Of a DNA stretch of 64,000 nt, positions 19,705 to 42,334 are shown piece by piece. Position 1 is the stretch's first letter, and each line of letters opens with the position of its first letter. The position numbers and the translations under genes are program-made. Under the pieces are notes generated by a model, which was not told the origin of the DNA, ran no database searches, and was given only the letters and a program-made list of their open reading frames with translations. Origin of the DNA: the human T2T-CHM13v2.0 reference genome, Homo sapiens; assembly GCF_009914755.1 (NCBI RefSeq), contig NC_060927.1; one strand, 5' to 3'.

Positions 19705-21592
19705 GAAAATGCTTCCTATATAATTTAATATATAATCCTAATTAGTTTAATATTTTGTTTTATAAGGAGGGAAACAATCCTTTAAGACATTCAAGATGCC
19801 CTCTAGAACATTCTAAAGTTAGTTCAAGGGTTAAAAAACTTAATTTAGAATATGATATTGGAAAGTTGTCAAAAATGTCAGAAGGTTTAAAATAATTTTA
19901 AAAGATCACAAGTTACTGTAAAGCAATATCATAGTGACAAAATATTTTAAAAGCAAAATGCAGAAAGTTAAGTTGTAAAACAAAATGAAACAAACAAAAA
20001 CCTTAGCTCTAATACTGAGAAGTCTCACTTTTCTTAAGTAATCAAAGACCTAATAAAAGATAACATGAGGCACAAGAAATTATCTTGATAAAACCCAAGT
20101 CTTTGTTTCCTAAACCAATTAACAGGTAAAGATATCTTTACATTATCAGACTAATACTCCAAGAAAATGTTATTTTAACCAAGAATAGTAAATTATAGTT
20201 TTGCATCAGTGTACTATAAATGCTAAAGCTAATTTTAGTACAGACTTTTAAATGAATTCATCCAATCTCAGCCAGCTTTGAAAGAAAGATAAGATTTCTT
20301 TCCATGACCTTTTTTTTAATTAGCTTTTTTCCCTTCCATTTTTTTCTCTCATGCTGGAACAAGCAGTCATTCTACTTCAGTACAGAATTAATTACTCCTT
20401 TTTCCCTTAACAGAAAACACACTGTCATGCCTTAGAACTTTCCTTATCAAAAATACCTTTTGTTTTTTCTATATTTGCATACGGAATTGTTTCCCTTGTG
20501 ATTTCTAGTTTTCACTACACATATTAATTAGAATTTTAATCCTTAGTAATTGTGAGCAAGCATTCTGTAACACTATAACTTTTAGAAATGTGCTTCTTCA
20601 TAGTATAATAGTTCATGTCTACTAACAAATTCAAATATATTTAACTTCTCTATAACCATATTAAAACAAGATGCCAAAAGCATATAACGTTAAGCCTATA
20701 TTCGACAATTAGAATTTCAGCATTTTATCTTATTTGGAAATGATCTAAATATTCAATAATATCCATTTCTTAGCCTAGCAAAACTCCATTAAGTGTAAGT
20801 TACCGAAAAGACTTTATAATATGTCTATTAAAACAAATCTAGCCATCATTGAGTTATTTCCCTGTTAGTACACATATGTTAGGCAGTCATCACAAAGGCA
20901 AGAACCTAAAAGTTAAATATGTGATTTTGTTTGTTTTACTGCTGTGCTTGATATATACGGAGTAATGGACACTGTATTTCCATTTGGACATTTGTTCGTA
21001 GGTTGAACTCACAGTTCTGTATTTGTAAACATCTGGGTTAGTTCCTATACTTCTAAGAGTTTTAGGAATACTTAATTTATATTACTGCTTATTATTTAGG
21101 CAAATTAAATTATAATTAATTTAATAATATTGTTTCTTTAATTAATAAATGTGATAAATTTATAAAATTTAATTACTTTAATAATAAATGATTTGTAGCA
21201 ATACCATCTGGAGGGAGAAAAATATTACACATACATACATATAAAGACTTACATAAACATACAGGCAGAAGCAGATCTGACAGGTTTTTGTCTGAAATTT
21301 TAGCCATGTGACAGGCACAGCAATACAAAACTCACTAGTTTATAAAAGAATACTTAGATCACAAAAAATTAGGTTTCCAGCCAGTGGAGCAAGATTATCC
21401 ACATCGATGGCCAAAACTTTTTACTAATATTTGTGAGAGGAAAAAAGACTTTTAACATTTTTTTATTCAGCGATTTTCAGATTTCCCTTTTTTCTCATTT
21501 TGCTTTTTCTTCTTCCCCAGAGTCATCTCCCCTAAATTTGCATTTTCAAAGGGAGGGCTCTCAGGTAAGATGAGGTAGAAAATTGACATCTC

Positions 21593-22050
<458 letters not shown>

Positions 22051-23245
22051 CTATGATTCAGTCCTCTTTCTCTCCTGGTGCGGAAAGAGAGACAAACTTA
22101 AAAACTGAAATTTCCTTTATAGATGTAAATTTATCTTACAAAAGAGTCTCAAAATAACCAGCTGAATGCCAGAAATGAGTATTTTGGAGACCAATCCAGC
22201 TAGATAGGCAGCTTCCCAACCCAGTTTCTGTTTTTTAACTAGATTATTGAGTCAGATTGGTTCATTCTTTTTTTCTCTTTATAAGATTCAAAAACAGATC
22301 AGTCTGATTTTGTGTCTTTTTGTTTTTATTTTTTTGTTTTTCAGAAAATACTTTAGGGATGAATTCTAAGAGATCATCTGCTATTTTCCTAGTCTCTTTG
22401 GTCCATCCCTAAAAGAAACAGGAGTTGAGTCTTTGATATCTTCCTTGGGTACCTCTCATTTGGCCTCAGCCCTCCATTTATGGGCTTCTTCAGGTCCCCA
22501 CGTCATGTGTATAAATTAGTAAAGATCAAGGAGTTCTGGATGAGATGCTCCAATTAGAATTCTAAATTTCTTAGCAAATTTCTAGGAGTTTTCCTTTGGA
22601 ACACAGAAATATTTCAATATTGCTCAGAACTCCAGATTTTGAACAAGGGATAAAGGTGGTTAAAGCAGTAGACATGGTTGATCTGAGGGCCTAAATTTAT
22701 AAGGCATTTTTCTGGTTTTATTTTTCCCTTTGGGATGAGAAGTTAACAGAGTGAAAAGTTTCGAAGGTTCAGAGTATGCTGAGGAAAATAAAGAGAAAGA
22801 GAGAAGTGCAATCAGAGTTAAGTCAGTCAATGTACAATTCTAAATTATTTTAGACAAGGTTGACTCATTTCTCTAGAAAAGCACAGGTTTCAAAATGGAG
22901 AAGCCCCAGGAACCTTGGATTCAGATGAACCCATTATTGCCGGTCTTCTTGTAACCTTATGTACCAGAGGCCTTTTATGGAACCCAGCCCAGTTTCTGTT
23001 GAATCCAATCTGACACAAAACCCAGTCCAACTTGTGAACCCAGTCTGGATTTAAGATGCTCAGATAAACTCAGGGATCACAACACAAGTTATGGAGCTCA
23101 TATTCAATTGGGACTTGCTGATGACAACCTCCAAATGTGCAGTGAGAAACAGTGAGCATAAGGGGTTTAGGAAGATACCTACAGCTGTTTGCTCATTGCT
23201 CCTAAAGGTCGTCATCAGGAGGGCACCTTTGGATCTCACTTACAA

Positions 23246-23706
23246 TGTAGCAGGACAAGCCGCAGACAAAACCTCTCAGACACTGAGTTAAAGAAGGAGG
23301 GGCTTTATTTGGCCAGGAGTGTCAGCAAGACTCAGGTCTCAAAAACCGAGCTCTCCAAGTGAGCAATTCCTGTCCCTTTTAAGGGCTCACAACTCTAAGG
23401 GGGTCTGCGTGAGAGGGTCATGATCGATTGAGCAAGCAGGCAGTACATGACTGGGGGCTGCATGTACCGGTAATCAGCATGGAACAGAACAGGGCAGGGA
23501 TTTTCACAGTGCTTTTCCAAACAATGTCTGGAATCTATATATAGCATAACCGGTTAGGTCGGGGTTGATCTTTACCTACCAGGCCCAGGGCGCGGCATTG
23601 GGCTGTCTGCCTGTGGATTTCATTTCTGCCTTTTAGTTTTCATTTCTTCTTTCTTTAGAGGCAGAAATTGGGCATAAGACAATATGAGGGGTGGTCTCCT
23701 CCCTTA
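23246..23706 (-). mobile_element. LTR2-family (LTR2B-like, HERV-E/Harlequin) solo LTR
   Basis: Minus strand begins TAAGGGAGGAGACCACCCCTCATATTGTCTTATGCCCAATTTCTGCC and ends ...CTTGTCCTGCTACA; 4-bp TSD ACAA (23242-23245 / 23707-23710). Confidence 0.88.
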
Positions 23707-23719
23707 ACAACACCAGATC

Positions 23720-24187
23720 TGTTCAAATAAAAACTTTCAACAAAGTAAATTTAACAGTTTGTTTCAGAAAAGAACAATTTATGCATCAGGCAGCTCTCAG
23801 GACCAGAAAAGGTTCAGAGAGCTCCACTCTGAAGGGGGGCAGTGAGTATTTATAGACAGAACAGGGAAGTAAAGTTCAGAAATAGCTTGATTGGTTATAG
23901 CTAGACACTTGCCTTATTTGGACATGGTCTGCACAGTTGGCAGCCTGTGATTGTCTGAAGCTCAGCTGCTTCTGATTGGCTGAGAAACAGCTATCTTATA
24001 TGAAAAATGTGCTTCTAAGTTAGGTTTCAGTTTGTTTACATACTAAATTAGGTTGCAGTTTGTTATGCAAGGACTCAAAATATGTTTTGGTTGTTGTTCT
24101 TTTCTTTTTTAAAACGAGCTTTCTCTTTTCATTTTCCAAAAAGATTCAAAATATAAAGACAGCCTCAAGGCCAAATTTAATTTAACA
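23720..24187 (-). mobile_element. ERV1 MER4-group (MER57-like) 5' LTR
   Basis: Minus strand TGTTAAATTAAATTTGGCC...TTTGAACA, several CCAAT boxes and a TATAAATA; followed by a PBS-like TGGTG. Confidence 0.75.
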
Positions 24188-24279
24188 GACAACAGATATT
24201 GGAATTGCCTGGCACAGAATACAGAAGAGCTTTTTTTTTTCTTGAAATTTTTAAAGAAAAAAAATATTTCCCTAGAGAT

Positions 24280-26410
24280 TACTTACCAATCACAAAGGGA
24301 AACAGGGACCTTTCCTTCAGAGAAAACTGGCAGATACCACCTTAACCAAGCACTAAAGTTAATTTCACCCAAAGTAGAAATTGACATCACATCACACATG
24401 AGATGATACTTTGAGGATATAACATTATTTTATTGTACTCCTGCCAAAAATGCATACCTTTAATGAGGAAACAGACAAGCTCAAATTAAGGAACATTCTA
24501 TGAAACAACTAACCCATACACTTCAAAAATGTCAGTGTCATAAAAGACATGGAAACATGAGGAACAGTTTCAGATTACAGGAGACTAAGGAGATTTTACA
24601 TCTAAATTTGATACCTGGTCTTGGATTTGGAAAAAAAAAGTTATTATAAAGTACATTATTGAGAACTGGAAATAACTACATACTGTGTGGTAGATTAAAA
24701 ACAGCCTCAAATTATTTAACATTCCTCTCACTGAGGAATGGGGACAGATTTCCCTTCCCTTTAAATCTTGGCCGGTAGTCTGTGACTGTTTGACAAATGT
24801 ATAGTGGAAGAGGAAGCAGAATCAGCCTTGTAAAGGCTGGGCTCAGAACTGGCATAGCTTCACTTCCACTCTACTCCATTTGTCAAATCAGTCACAGACC
24901 AGTCAAGATTTAAAAGGAGGGGAAATATACCCCCATTCCTGAGTGAAAGGAATGCCAAAAAATTGAGGCTATTTTAAATCTACCATACTGTACATATTCA
25001 TTTCCAATTTCCTTGATAATATACTTTATAGCAACTTTATTTCCAATCCAGGACCACACATAAAGAAGTCCCTTTAGTCTCTGTCACGGGCTGAATTCTG
25101 AATTGTGTCCCTCATCTGCTGTTCCCGGCCCCCACAATTCATGCTGAAGCTCTAACTAACACCTAGTACCTCAGAATGTGACTAAACTTTAAGACCGGGT
25201 CTTTATAAAGGTAATTAAGTTAAAATCGGGTCATAAATATGAGCCTTAATCCAGCATGACTGGTGTCTTTATAAGAGGAGGAGATTAGGACACAGATAAC
25301 ACAGAGGGATGACCACATGGCTGTGTGAGGACCTCAGCAAGAGGGTGGCTGCCTGCAAGTGGAGGAAAGAGTATGGAAGAAACCAAACCTGTTGATGTCT
25401 TCAACTTGGACTTCCAGCTTCCAAATTTGTCAGAAAATAAATATCTGTTGTTTAAGCCACCCAGTCTGTGGCATTTTGTTATGCCAACACACTAGCACAT
25501 AGATACAGTCTCGTTTAATCTGAAACAGTTTGTCATTTTCCTCGTCTTTAAGGACACTGACATTTTTAAAGTATACAGGTCAGGTGTTTCATAGAATGTT
25601 TCCTAATTTTGACTCATCTGATTGTTTCTCATGATTAAATACCAATTACGTATTTTGGGCAAGAATATGATAAAGGTAATGTTATGCCCTCAGAGCATCA
25701 CCTTGTGTGGGATGCCAATTTGTATTATTAATGACCCCTAGAAGCATTCATGCTTGGAACCTTGAGCCACCATGTTGGAAGTTCCACTATCCTGAAGGTG
25801 CCGTGCTGTGGAAAGCCCAAACTAGCCAGGTGGAGAAGCCATGTGGAAAAAAAAAAAAAAGATATTCAGCCACCTCCCAGCGATTCCAGCCCCCAGCCAC
25901 TGAGTCACCACAGCTAAGGTTGCAGACATCATACAGTGGAGAAGAGCCCTTCCCAGGGTGCCATATCTGAATTCCCCTGACCTGCAGAATCATGATACAG
26001 GAATAGTAAGTTGTTTTAATCCTCTAAGTTTTGAGATCATCTGATACACAGCAATAGACAATCAAAGCAGAACATATATTAGATATATATTAGATAATAT
26101 TCTCTCGATGTTAAATTTCCTGAAATTCATCATTATATTGTGGTTATATAGGAAAATTACTTTGTTCTTAAGAGTTATTTAATGATGAAATATCATAATG
26201 TCTGCAATTTACTCTCAAATGATTTAGCTAATGTGTGTGAAAGAGAGAAAGAGAGAAATGGGGAGGAGAGGGATAGAGAGAGAGCACACAAACATAGAAA
26301 AATGTTAACGATTGGTGAATCTAGAGAAAATGCATACAGGCATTCCTTGATAATTTTTACAACTTTTCAAAGACTTGAAACTTTTCAAAATAAAAAGCTG
26401 AAATGAAAAA
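24280..26410. mobile_element. Old L1MC/ME 3' fragment carrying an MLT1G/H-like LTR, rearranged by an inverted duplication
   Basis: L1M 24280-24685, MLT1 5' part 24686-24815, inverted copy 24820-25730, MLT1 3' part ~25735-26070, L1M 3' end to ~26410. Confidence 0.7.
25082..25507 (+). mobile_element. MLT1B-like MaLR solo LTR
   Basis: tgtcacgggctgaatt..gtacctcagaatgtgact..gtttaagccacccagtctgtgg..ataca; 5-bp TSD gtctc (25077-25081 / 25508-25512). Confidence 0.85.
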
Positions 26411-27106
26411 GAGAAAATATTCAATCTCAAAGAGAAAAAGCGATGACTAGACTTCCCCTTCTGGCCATGATGAAGTAGCAGGAAACAGATTTACCATCCC
26501 ACCTGAAGCATCTAAAAAAAAAAAAAAAAAAAAAACAGACAAAGCATATAAAACAATGTTCAAAACATTTGATATCAGGCAACAAAGAACACTGATTTCT
26601 GAGAGACAGGAAACAAACAAGTTGAGTCCTACAGTTGCTTCATCTTACTACCTCAAAGGAGTTTCCAAACTGTGACAGAGGGAGGGAAAATTGAGGCAGA
26701 GCCTAGCAGACTCCCTGAATTGAAGAGACAAACCCTGGAGTCCAAGAGACCTAGGCAGCTACAGTTCATAGGACAGAATACCAGAGATAAGACAGATGCA
26801 CACAGACAGAATCCTGGAGATCTTCAGGGAGTCGCCCCCAAATATGCATGATCAATGCCTGCATGTAAGGAAAACACCCCAGGCCAGGAAATATACATAT
26901 GTAAAGATTAGTGGGAACAGTTCCTGTCACTCACACTGGCCTGAGGATAATGTGCTTCCAGGAACTAGACAGGAAAAACTCATAATTGACAAGGCATTAG
27001 GTGGAGTACTGAGGATAGTCTTGCCTCAGTAACAAAGAAGAATAATCCCTATGCTGAGCAATAGTCCAGACCTGCCTAACATAGTATCAAAACAAGGCCC
27101 AAAAGA

Positions 27107-27380
27107 GGCTGGGTGCGGTGGCTCACGCCTGTAATCTCAGCACTTTGGGAGGCCAAGGCGGGCGGATCACAAGGTCAGGAGATCGAGACCATCCTGGCTA
27201 ACATGGTGAAACCCCGTCTCTACTAAAAATACAAAAAATTAGCCAGGCGTGGTGGCACATGCCTGTAGTCTCAGCTACTTGGGTGGCTGAGGCGGAGCTT
27301 GCAGTGAGCCAAGATCGTGCCACTGCACTCCAGTCTGGGTGACAGAGTGAGACTCTGTCTAAAAAAAAAAAAAAAAAAAA
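27107..27380 (+). mobile_element. AluY/Sc-like with short right-arm deletion
   Basis: Diagnostic gatcgagaccatcctggctaac and gcggagcttgcagtg; right arm lacks the aggagaat..cccgg segment; degenerate TSD aag(g/a)cccaaaag. Confidence 0.92.
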
Positions 27381-27848
27381 AGACCCAAAAGGATAAAACT
27401 TTATCCAAGTAATTTAAGTGTCTCCCAGAACAAAGCTCAAGAAGATTTATATAAATGCAATAATATCTAGCACACAAGATAAAATTCACAATATCTAGCA
27501 TTCAAAGATTACCAGGCACACAAAGAGACAGGAAAACATAATCAATAGTGAAGACAATAATCAATTGAAAGCAACCCAGAGCTGACGTAGATGTTAGAAT
27601 TCACAGAGGACAGTAAGACAGTTAATTTCATTGTATTTCATATATTCAAAAAGTTAGAAACATTTAAGTGTAAAGAAAAACCCAAATTGAACTTGTAGAG
27701 ATGAAAAGATCCATGACAACAATAACATACATGCCAAAAGAGAAGAAATGGAAGTATACTATTGTAAGATTCCTATACTACATGGGAAGGTTTTACACAA
27801 TGTGAGTATAATACAACTTTAAGGTAGACTGTGATAGATAAACATGTA

Positions 27849-28525
<677 letters not shown>

Positions 28526-29719
28526 CTATAAACCCTTGAGCACCACTAAAAAAAACAAAATAAATAATTATAGCTAATGTGGCAATGAAAGGGATAAAAC
28601 AAAATCATTTAAAAATTGATTAGTTCAAAAGAAGGTAGCAAAAGAGAAAAACTGGAACAAATAACAGATGGGACAAATAGAAAACAAATAGCAGGATGAC
28701 ATGTCAAACCTAACATTAATAATCAAATTAATGTAAATAGTGTAAACACCCTGATTAAAAGGCAGAGATTGTCAGATTAGATTAAAAAAGACCCAACTGT
28801 ATGCTGCCTACAAAAGCATACTATAAATATAAAAGTAATATAATAAATAGATTAAAAGAATGGAAAGGGCTATACAATGCTAACACTAGTCAAAAGAAAC
28901 AAGACAGGCTACTTTAAAATCAGACAAAATAAATTGCAGAGCAAACAATATTGTCAAGGATAAAAATCATTTTATAATGATAAGAGGTAAATTTATCAAG
29001 AGGAAATAATAATCCTAGACACTTATGAGCCTAATAACAAAGCTTCAATATACATAAAGTAAAAACTATTAGAACTACACAAGGAAATAGACAAATGCAC
29101 AATTATAGTTAGAGATTTCAACATACCTATTTCAATAGTTGCTAGAGTAAGTATAAAGAAAATAAGTGAGATTATAGAAGATTTGAACAATACTATTAAC
29201 ACTTGACCTGATTGACAATTTTATAATACTGTACCCAGAAATAGCAGAATACACACTTTTCTCAAGTGCACAGAGAACTCTTCCGGGTTACAAAACAAGA
29301 TTCAATAAATTCAAAGGAATTAAAGTTTTACAAAGTATATCTGACCACAGAGGAATTAAATTAGAAATCAATAATAGAAATATCTTTGGAAAATCCACAA
29401 ATATTTAACAACAAAACAACACCCTTCTAAGTAACCCAGAGATGAAAGAACTCAAAAGAGAAATCAAAAAATATTTTGAACTGAATGAAAGTGAAAACAC
29501 AATATATCAGAAATTGTAGATGCCACTAAAGCAGTCTCTAAGAGAAAATTTATAGCATTAAATGTCTATGTTAGAAAAGAAAAAAGTTCTCAAAGCAATG
29601 ATCTCAGTGTCTACTATACAAAATTAGAAAGAGAAGACCAAATTAGACATGAAGTAAGCAGAAGGAAGGAAGTAATAAAGATCAAAGTAGAAATTAATGA
29701 AATAGAAAAGAGAAACTCA

Positions 29720-30076
<357 letters not shown>

Positions 30077-30274
30077 TCAATAAATATATTAAGCTCTTAA
30101 AGGACTGATCAGGACAAAAGAGAAAATACACAAATTACTCATATCAGGAATGAGAGAAGCAACATCACTATAGCTTCTACAGATACTAAAAAGATAAGAG
30201 AATTATGAATAATTTTATGCCAGTGAATTCCATAATTTGGATAAAATGGACACATTCTTGAAAGATATAAATTA

Positions 30275-30646
<372 letters not shown>

Positions 30647-30763
30647 CTAAACAGCTCTATATCTCTCTTAAGGAAATTTAAATTATAGGTAAAAGCCTTC
30701 CCACAAAGAAAACTCCAGGTCCCAGATAGCTAGTGAATTCCACAAACAGTTAAAGAAGAAATA

Positions 30764-30938
30764 CCCAGGCATGGTGTCTTACACCTGTGGTTCCCGGAAT
30801 TTGGGAAGTTGAAGTGGAAGGATGGCTTGAGTCCAGGAGTTCAAGGTTATAGTGAGCTATGATTGCACCACTGCACTCCAGCCTGGGCAGCAGAGCAAGA
30901 CTCTATCTCTAAGAAAGTAAAAATAAAAATAAATTTTA
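30764..30938 (+). mobile_element. Alu right monomer (FRAM or truncated AluJ)
   Basis: Single right arm; TSD aaagaagaaata. Confidence 0.8.
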
Positions 30939-32168
30939 AAAGAAGAAATAATACTAATTTTACACAAACTTTTCCAAAAAAGTTAAAGAGAAGAAAATAC
31001 TTCCCAACTCACTCTGAGCCCAACATTATCCTGATACCAAAGCCAGTCAAAAACATTATAAGAAATGAAAACTAAAGACCAATATCTTTCTTGTACATAC
31101 ATATAAAAATTCAAAACAAAAATTTAGTAGATTGAATCCAATACTATAAAAAGGATACTACAAAGCATGACCAAGTGGGGTTCATCTCAAAAATGCAGGA
31201 TTAGTTTAACACTCAAAATTTATTCAATGTAATTCATTATATAAACAAACAAAAAATCATATGATCATCTAAATAGATATAGAAAATGTATTTCACAAAA
31301 TCCAATTTCCTTTTTCTGATAAAAATTCTCAGCAAATTAGGAATGTGAGAGAACTTCCTCAACCTGATAAAAGGCACTTATAAAAATCTGTAACTAACAT
31401 CATACTGAATGATGAAAGACTGCTTTTGTACTAAGATCATTAACAAGACAGGGATGTCTTCTGTCACTACTTCTATCCAACATTATACATAGGTGCAAAA
31501 TTTCTAAAGACAATTGTAACAAATCCAACAATGTATAAAAAGAATAATACATCACGACTAGGTAAGATCCATTCCAGGAATAAGTATTGGTTTAATACCC
31601 ACAAATCAATAAATGTCATTCATCATATTTGTAAACTAAAAAGAAAATCCATATAAAACCATAGTTTTAAAAAAATTAGAAGAATCCTGATTAGAAAGGA
31701 AGAGAAAAACTGTATTAATTGATGGCACCATTGTCTCTGTAGAAATTCCAACAGTGTACACAAAAAAGCTACTAGTACTAATAAGTAAGGTTAGTGAGAT
31801 TGATGGAACAAGATCAATATAAAAAAGCAAATTGAATTTCTACATATTGGCACTTACAATAGCATGAAGTCAGCAAGAAAGATCAATTAACCAGTAGTAA
31901 AATGGGCAAAATATCTGAAGGGATAATCACAGATAAGGAAATGTAAAAACATCTTTATTTTATGAAAAGAAGCTCACTCTCTTTTCTACTAAAATTAATA
32001 CAATTCAAACGTCAGTTAAAACTACACTGAGAGAATCAGAGACACAGATTTTTTTAAACTTGTATTGATGTTGGTGTGGAACAACAGGCAATCTTTTAGA
32101 CAGCTAGTGAGAATGTAAATTAGTTTAACTTTTGTCAAGGACAATTTGTCAATATTATTAAACTTTTA

Positions 32169-32537
<369 letters not shown>

Positions 32538-32730
32538 TTAAAATAAATAAATAAAAATAAAGTAAAATAATGTACATTGCCTCTGACCCAACAATTCTTC
32601 TGTAGATTTTTTTTTCTACAGATATTCAAGCATATGTGTCTATGGATAGTCAATGAAGCATCAATTTGTCATAGCAAAATCAGAAACTGACTAACGGCCA
32701 TCAGTAGGCCCACTTAAACAAATTATGGCA

Positions 32731-39135
<6,405 letters not shown>

Positions 39136-39839
39136 TTCTTATTGGGGAAAAAAGAATTAAAAACAAACTCTTTAGAAGCTAGTTACCTTTGGGTGGTGAG
39201 ACATGGGGGTGAAAGGGAGGTTTGGAGAATAAAGCAGGAAACGTTTTTCTTTTTCCATTTAATGCCATTCTATACTTTTGAATTTTTTAACCAAGTACAT
39301 GTATTACTGTTAAAATAGACATTCCTTATACAATTTCATCATTTTGGTTTTGTTTAATTTTAGGTTTAAGGCACATGAGGAAAGTATAATGTATCTATTT
39401 TTAAAGTTTTATGGTCTGAACATTTATGTTTTCCAGATAAAGCTAAGCCACTTCATAGCCTGTCTCTGCATGGTACTATTTTCCAAAGAAACACTAACCC
39501 ATATCCAAAAATAACAGAAAGGCAATTTAAATTTTTACTTCAGTGCCATGAAAGCATCAAAGGGGGATTCCATTTATAATACATAACAAAACCTCTTAAA
39601 ATCTTCTTGCCCAACCTCTCAATATCTCACACCATATGGTAGCTGCTTCTAAAACTCTCTCCCCCCATCTTCAAACCTTTACAGAATGCATCCCACACTG
39701 TCTCTAGTTTCCTCTACTCCCCACTTCTCTCCCTTCTCTTTCTGGGCCTATTGTCTTCTAAGTCTCGGTCCTTTCAAATATAAATCAAGCTGTCCCTGAT
39801 GTTCATTTTATCCCTTATCACAAGGATGCTTCTTCTTAG

Positions 39840-40181
<342 letters not shown>

Positions 40182-40738
40182 TAAAGAAAAACCAAATTCT
40201 TATTTCTAAAAAATCTACTACAGTCAAAGATTTGAGACATAGCCTGCTAGAATATAGTTGTAAAACTACGAGTTTCTCTCCTCTAAGCATCTTAGAAATA
40301 GGGACTGGGTTTTATTCATCTTTGCATTCACTGGGCCTACAAAGTGCTTTACACACCAAGTGCACACAAAACTATTAAAGCTGTAATTTGGAATATAGCT
40401 TTTATGAGAGAAGTCATAGGGAGAAGAGGAAGGAAGCTAATTTTTACCGAGTATCTGCTATGGAGCAGTCACTGTGCCTTTCTAGTGGTGAAGTATCTCT
40501 CTCTCTTTTTTCTAGATTAGTAATTGCCACAGGGGAGCAAGAAAGGCAGATGTGAAGTACACAAAGTTTGAAGAGACCCTCCATGTGATGCTGGTATTCC
40601 CACATCATAAAACATCCTCATACCTCCCACATGTAAACTAAGTCACTTTTACAAATGCGGATGTGTCCAAAGTACCATCCTGACCTTTAAGTGCTGGGGA
40701 TGAGGTAGAAAGATTAGGAACTACTGATGGAAACTCTG

Positions 40739-40741
<3 letters not shown>

Positions 40742-40784
<43 letters not shown>
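40742..40784. repeat. (GT)n microsatellite, about 21 units
   Basis: Perfect gtgt run. Confidence 0.98.
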
Positions 40785-40785
<1 letters not shown>

Positions 40786-41309
40786 TGCATGTGTATTTAA
40801 AACACATACACATTCAAAAATGCCCACTAGATGGCAAACCCACATCTCAAATGTTAACCATTACTGGAGTGACCCTTCTGGAAGGCTAGGGCACTTTAAT
40901 AATTCAAGCCAATTCGTAAAAGGCCAAGATTTTGTATACAGTTTAAGGGGCATGCAAATTAGCTTTGTGATGATGGTCTTACAAATCATTTCTAGGAATA
41001 GAGGCTAAACTTATAACTCCACCATTTCCAGAACCTAATCTGATTTATTTTCCACGCAAAATACAGTATGAATGCAGGTAAATTAAATTTCCTTACTATA
41101 CCATCTGATTTCATATCTAGGTTTCATAACTTTGTGGGAGTAAAGCCAGTGATGGGGATAGGGTGTGAGCCTAAGTAGTCCCATTCTGGAAGTTCGGCAT
41201 TTTATCCAGGATGCATTTCAACCTTCCGCTAACGTGAGAGGGAAGGCACCAAGGAAGAATGCGTAGCTTTCCGCCCTCCTCCCCAGCCTCCTACATTGCT
41301 GCCAGATGT

Positions 41310-41810
41310 AGTTGAGCCTGCACTGCTCAAAATTCTCCAGTGGCTCCCCACTAAAGGATCAACTCTATCAATGGTATCACACACACAGTCCCACCTTATG
41401 GACAAGCCGGTATATCACCAATCTCTCTCACACCCAACCGCATTGATTTGCTTTCCAGTCCCTGAGCAAGTCCTGATCTCACACGCCTCTGTGACTCTAG
41501 AAATGCTATTCTTGCTGTCCTGAAAACCCTCTCCCCTATTATCTGCAGGAGCAACTACTCACTCTTCAAGTCTCCACAAGGGTCACTTTCTCTAAGAGGC
41601 CCTCTGACTCTGCCAGCCAATCAGGTACTCCAACTTCAATATACCCATCATACCATTTGTTGCACAGTGCATCTCTCTCTTGCCACAAAAACGAGGGCTT
41701 CATGAGGGCCTGGATGGTGTCTTTCCAACTTTGTGTCCTCAGCACCGAATCCAAGGCCTAGCATACAGACAATGCTTAGTAAATTATTGACTGGCTGGCC
41801 AAATAAATGT
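41310..41810 (+). mobile_element. L2 3' end fragment
   Basis: ctgctcaaaattctccagtggctccc...aactactcactcttcaag...gcttcatgagggc...gcctagcatacag..aatgcttagtaaattattga. Confidence 0.65.
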
Positions 41811-42334
41811 ATAAATGTTGTATGTAAACAGACTTTGCACATTTCCTTAAAAATTTCAGTGCTCAGCTCCCAGAATGTAGCAGGGAGATAGCTCCTTCAC
41901 TGAGTCCCTTGCAGAGGCATAGGTGGGGATGGAGGATCAGGGAGCCAGAGCCAGAGAAGCCAGCTCAGGGAGGCTACAGGGCTGATAGAGTGGCTCCACA
42001 GAGCTTCCTGTCTCTGGTGCTACAAGAACAGTCTTTGAAAACATGAAAGCATGTGGGAAGGAGCCCCGCAACCTCCCACCTCCCAGCAACCTCTATAGTC
42101 AGGTGAATCCTTGGCTGTTTCCGAAACTATCCTCCTTTACCTCCACTGGAGCTCCTTGCTGAAACCAGCATTTGTATAAAATTGCTTAATCTCAGTGCCA
42201 GCTAGAGATACAGGTATTTACTGGGGGCTCCACCAAGAAAGACTTCTGAGGTTTGACTGCTACCAATTCGATCATTAAAGTAATAGATTACATTGCAGGA
42301 CTGGGGGCTAGTTCTGTTCCTTAATTATGTTGGC

